NCBI GenBank assembly: GCA_963823665.1
Contig: CAWGMQ010000004.1
Span: 96,001-160,000, forward strand
From: an uncultured Planctomycetota bacterium
Lineage (GTDB): Bacteria > Planctomycetota > Planctomycetia > Isosphaerales > Isosphaeraceae
Length of the DNA stretch: 64,000 bases
Direction: 5' to 3'
How positions within the stretch are numbered: the first letter of the stretch is position 1; every line of letters begins with the position of its first letter. Positions 61,380 through 64,000 of this stretch are shown here, one piece after another. A program made the position numbers and the translations under genes. A model generated the notes under the pieces. That model was given only the letters and a program-made list of their open reading frames with translations. It made no database searches and was not told the origin of the DNA.

Positions 61380-62399
61380 TCAGCGGCTTATCCTCAATTC
61401 CGGTAATGCTCGATAGAGCTCTTCCACTCCGGCGTCGGTGACTTGAGTGTCGCTCAAGCCGAGCGACTCGAGGCTGGTCATCCCCTTGAGATTGGCTAAC
61501 CCAGCATCGGTGACCTCCGTTTCGTCAAGGACGAGCTCGGAGAGGTTTTTCAGGGTTTTCAGTTGCGAGAGCCCGGCGTCAGTGACTTGCGTGCCGGTCA
61601 GGATGAGGCCGGATAGGCTGGAGATTCCTTTCAGGTGCGCCAGCCCGGCATCGGTGATCTGAGTTCCGCTGAGGTCGAGGAAGGAGAGTTTGGCGATGCC
61701 TTTCAAATGCGCCAGCCCGGCGTCTGTGATCCGAGTACCGATCAGATCGAGCGACGAGAGCTTGTTGAGCGATTCTAGATGTGGGAGCCCGGCATCGGTC
61801 ACTTGAGTGCCGCTCAAGCCGAGCGCCTGGAGGTTGGTCAGTCCCTTGAGGTCGGCCAGCCCGGCATCGGTGACCTTGGTATCGTCAAGGAAGAGCTCGG
61901 AGAGGTTTTTGAGGGCTTTCAGATGCACGAGCCCCGCATCGGACACCTGAGTTTCGTTGAGGTGGAGGATCGAGAGGTTGTTCAGGGTGCGCAGATGCTC
62001 CATTCCGGCGTCGCTCAGAGACGAGCCTTCGAAATTCAGATAGGTCAGTCGAGCGAGGCGCCGTACGTGTAATGCCGCGGCATCTGGCGCCCGCGACCGC
62101 CAGGTGAGCCAGACGCAGGTGACGTGACCGAAATAATCGACTCCGAGATGATCCACGAGCCACTTCGGCGCCCGCGGCTTTCCTGCGGGAAGGGGATTCG
62201 CGTCGCTCCACTGCCACTCATACTGGACGGAGCCGCCGGATTGCGTGATCGCGGCGACGGCATCGCGCTGGATGCGCTCGGCGCGCACGATCCAACCCAG
62301 GCAGCCGCCCAACAAGAGCACGACAACGATCAGGCCGCGCATGCTGAAACGCAGATAGCGACGCCACTGAGCGCGTATGGGCTGGGGTTGCTCGGCGAT
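61380..62399 (-). CDS. Membrane-anchored LRR protein (paralog 12, about 9 repeats); apparent ATC start
   Basis: The frame extends upstream of ATG 62342 as IAEQPQPIRAQWRRYLRFSMRG, with a GAGG SD before ATC 62399. Confidence 0.88.
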   Translation of the reverse strand: MAEQPQPIRAQWRRYLRFSMRGLIVVVLLLGGCLGWIVRAERIQRDAVAAITQSGGSVQYEWQWSDANPLPAGKPRAPKWLVDHLGVDYFGHVTCVWLTWRSRAPDAAALHVRRLARLTYLNFEGSSLSDAGMEHLRTLNNLSILHLNETQVSDAGLVHLKALKNLSELFLDDTKVTDAGLADLKGLTNLQALGLSGTQVTDAGLPHLESLNKLSSLDLIGTRITDAGLAHLKGIAKLSFLDLSGTQITDAGLAHLKGISSLSGLILTGTQVTDAGLSQLKTLKNLSELVLDETEVTDAGLANLKGMTSLESLGLSDTQVTDAGVEELYRALPELRISR

Positions 62400-62539
62400 G
62401 GCGGCCTCGTGAACGATGGCAGTTGATATTGTTTCGCTGGGATCAGTCTATCGGACGGCTTGGTTGTTGGCGAGTTGGTCTCTTCGGGCCTGGTGGGACG
62501 CCTTTTGGTTTTTTCGGGGGTGTCGATCGCTCGCAACGA

Positions 62540-62576
62540 CCCCCCACCGCCGCCTGCGGCGGCACCTCCAGGGGGA
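62540..62576. repeat. REP-like palindrome CCCCC..GCCGCC-TGC-GGCGGC-ACCTCC-AGGGGG
   Basis: Nested inverted repeats in the divergent intergenic region. Confidence 0.4.
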
Positions 62577-62677
62577 AGTCGCTGTTGCCGTATCGAATCG
62601 AAATTGATACAAACGTTCGAGACGGTCGAGCTGGAATGCCGTCGCATGGGCTCATCAACACGGAAGTGCAACTGGCT

Positions 62678-64000
62678 ATGGACCTGGGCCAACCCCCGCG
62701 CCGCAGTCGCTGCGCCCGCAGTATTCGCCGGCGCTTTACTTGCTTGCCGATGCGGTTGGAGGTGCTCGAGGAGCGGTCGCTCCTCTCGCTCTCCCTCATC
62801 AAGGACATCAACCCGGTGCCGCTTTTCCCGGCCCAGATCACGGGTGCGGGCGCGAATGTTTACTTTGTCACCCAGGCGGCCGATGGTGGGGCCGATCTGG
62901 ATGTGAAGACGGTGGCGGGCACGACGGTCCTCAAGGAGTTCTCCGGGTCGAGCAGCTCGATCTCCGACCTGACGCCCGATGGCTCGAAGCTCTTCTTCGA
63001 TGCCGACCTCAACAAGGGCGAGCAGCTTTGGGTGACCAACGGCACGCAGGCGGGGACCAAACTCGTCAAGAACGCGATCGGCAGCGGACAGTTCGGCAAC
63101 AAGGTCGTCGTTGGCAACGTGCTCTATTTCGCGTCCGAGGCGAGACAAGGTAATCGCGCGACGTACCAGCTCTTCAAGAGCAACGGCACGGCCGGCGGCA
63201 CCGTGGCGGTCGCATTGCCCGAGAGCGCTTCCAAATCGGGCCCCTTCTCCGGCGACCTGGCGGACTACGACGGCACGCTCTACTTCAGCGCGGGAGTCCG
63301 GTTGATGAAAACGAACGGGGTCGCGACCAAGGTCGTCGGCACGTTTGGGCCGCCGCACTACGAACCGATCGAGGACGGGGGCATCGACAATTTGACCGTC
63401 GCCGGTGGACTGCTCTACTTCACGTTCCCTGACGCGACTCAACAGGGCGAGTATCTCTACGCGACCAACGGCACCGCAGGCGGCACGACGCTGCTGCACG
63501 ACTTCGTCAATGCGAACCTGCCGTACAACCTGCTCTCGAACTTCACGGCGGTCGGGTCCAAGCTCTTTTTCGGCGCCGATGATGTCACTGACGGGCCGAG
63601 CCTCTGGGAGAGCGATGGCACGGCGGCGGGGACAACGCTCGTGAAGGCCTTTGGCGCAGCGCCCGCGGGGCCTGGCGGCCCCGCTTCAGTCGGCCCGCCG
63701 ATCCTGGCGGCGACGGCCGACGGAAACAGGCTCTTCTTTACGAACGATCCCTCGGGCCCCGGCACACCGGTCGAGCTCTGGGAGAGCGACGGCACGGCGG
63801 CCGGGACGACCGAGCTTACCGACATCAACCCGGGAAATGGCGGCACGTACGCTGATCCAAGTTTTTCAAGCGGCGGATTCGCGGTGCTCGGCGGCAAGCT
63901 GTTCTTCGCCAACGACGATCCAACCCACGGCGTCGAGCTGTGGCAGAGCGACGGCACTGCTGCCGGCACGGGGCTGTTTCTTGACCTCAATCCCGGGGCG
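62678..64000 (+). CDS. ELWxxDGT repeat surface protein with a planctomycete LExRxLL signal motif (partial; runs off the window)
   Basis: Open frame not in the ORF track because it has no stop: MDLGQPPRR...RLEVLEERSLLS, then QLWVTNGT, SLWESDGT, ELWESDGT and ELWQSDGT repeats. Confidence 0.9.
   Translation, partial: MDLGQPPRRSRCARSIRRRFTCLPMRLEVLEERSLLSLSLIKDINPVPLFPAQITGAGANVYFVTQAADGGADLDVKTVAGTTVLKEFSGSSSSISDLTPDGSKLFFDADLNKGEQLWVTNGTQAGTKLVKNAIGSGQFGNKVVVGNVLYFASEARQGNRATYQLFKSNGTAGGTVAVALPESASKSGPFSGDLADYDGTLYFSAGVRLMKTNGVATKVVGTFGPPHYEPIEDGGIDNLTVAGGLLYFTFPDATQQGEYLYATNGTAGGTTLLHDFVNANLPYNLLSNFTAVGSKLFFGADDVTDGPSLWESDGTAAGTTLVKAFGAAPAGPGGPASVGPPILAATADGNRLFFTNDPSGPGTPVELWESDGTAAGTTELTDINPGNGGTYADPSFSSGGFAVLGGKLFFANDDPTHGVELWQSDGTAAGTGLFLDLNPGA

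Noticed and set aside
32479..62399. Regularly spaced ccggcgtcggtga repeats (72-bp period) as a CRISPR array
   Set aside because: They are the TDAG codons of 24-aa LRRs inside open frames; there are no cas genes and no unique spacers between identical repeats.

Overview
This is a high-GC bacterial accessory region. Its gene content points to a planctomycete, probably Isosphaeraceae/Gemmataceae-like (inference): a TIGR03067-type protein, an LExRxLL signal motif, a membrane-anchored ECF sigma factor, Ser/Thr kinase-WD40 and kinase-STAND-FGE fusions, and a PEP-CTERM protein. At least a dozen unrelated genes carry isolated single-base frameshifts, most likely uncorrected long-read errors, so gene models were rejoined by eye. 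The dominant signal is 12 paralogous membrane-anchored leucine-rich-repeat (LRR) genes in 5 clusters, all on the minus strand. They share a conserved N-terminal anchor/cap and a C-cap, vary from about 2 to about 13 repeats, and show mosaic promoters and flanks plus internal deletions, consistent with a recombining receptor repertoire. Other notable items: (1) an ExbB-ExbD-ExbD/vWA/TPR operon whose two ExbD-like subunits lack the proton-accepting Asp; (2) an ECF sigma factor fused to a long soluble C-terminal domain; (3) a translationally coupled, His-rich toxin-like/immunity-like gene pair; (4) an IS701-like element splitting a TPR gene; (5) a DUF1800-DUF1501 operon collapsed by internal deletions; (6) a Tat-signal TldD/TldE pair; (7) several REP-like palindromes. 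No CRISPR array, rRNA or tRNA was found. All family assignments come from motif recognition, not database searches.
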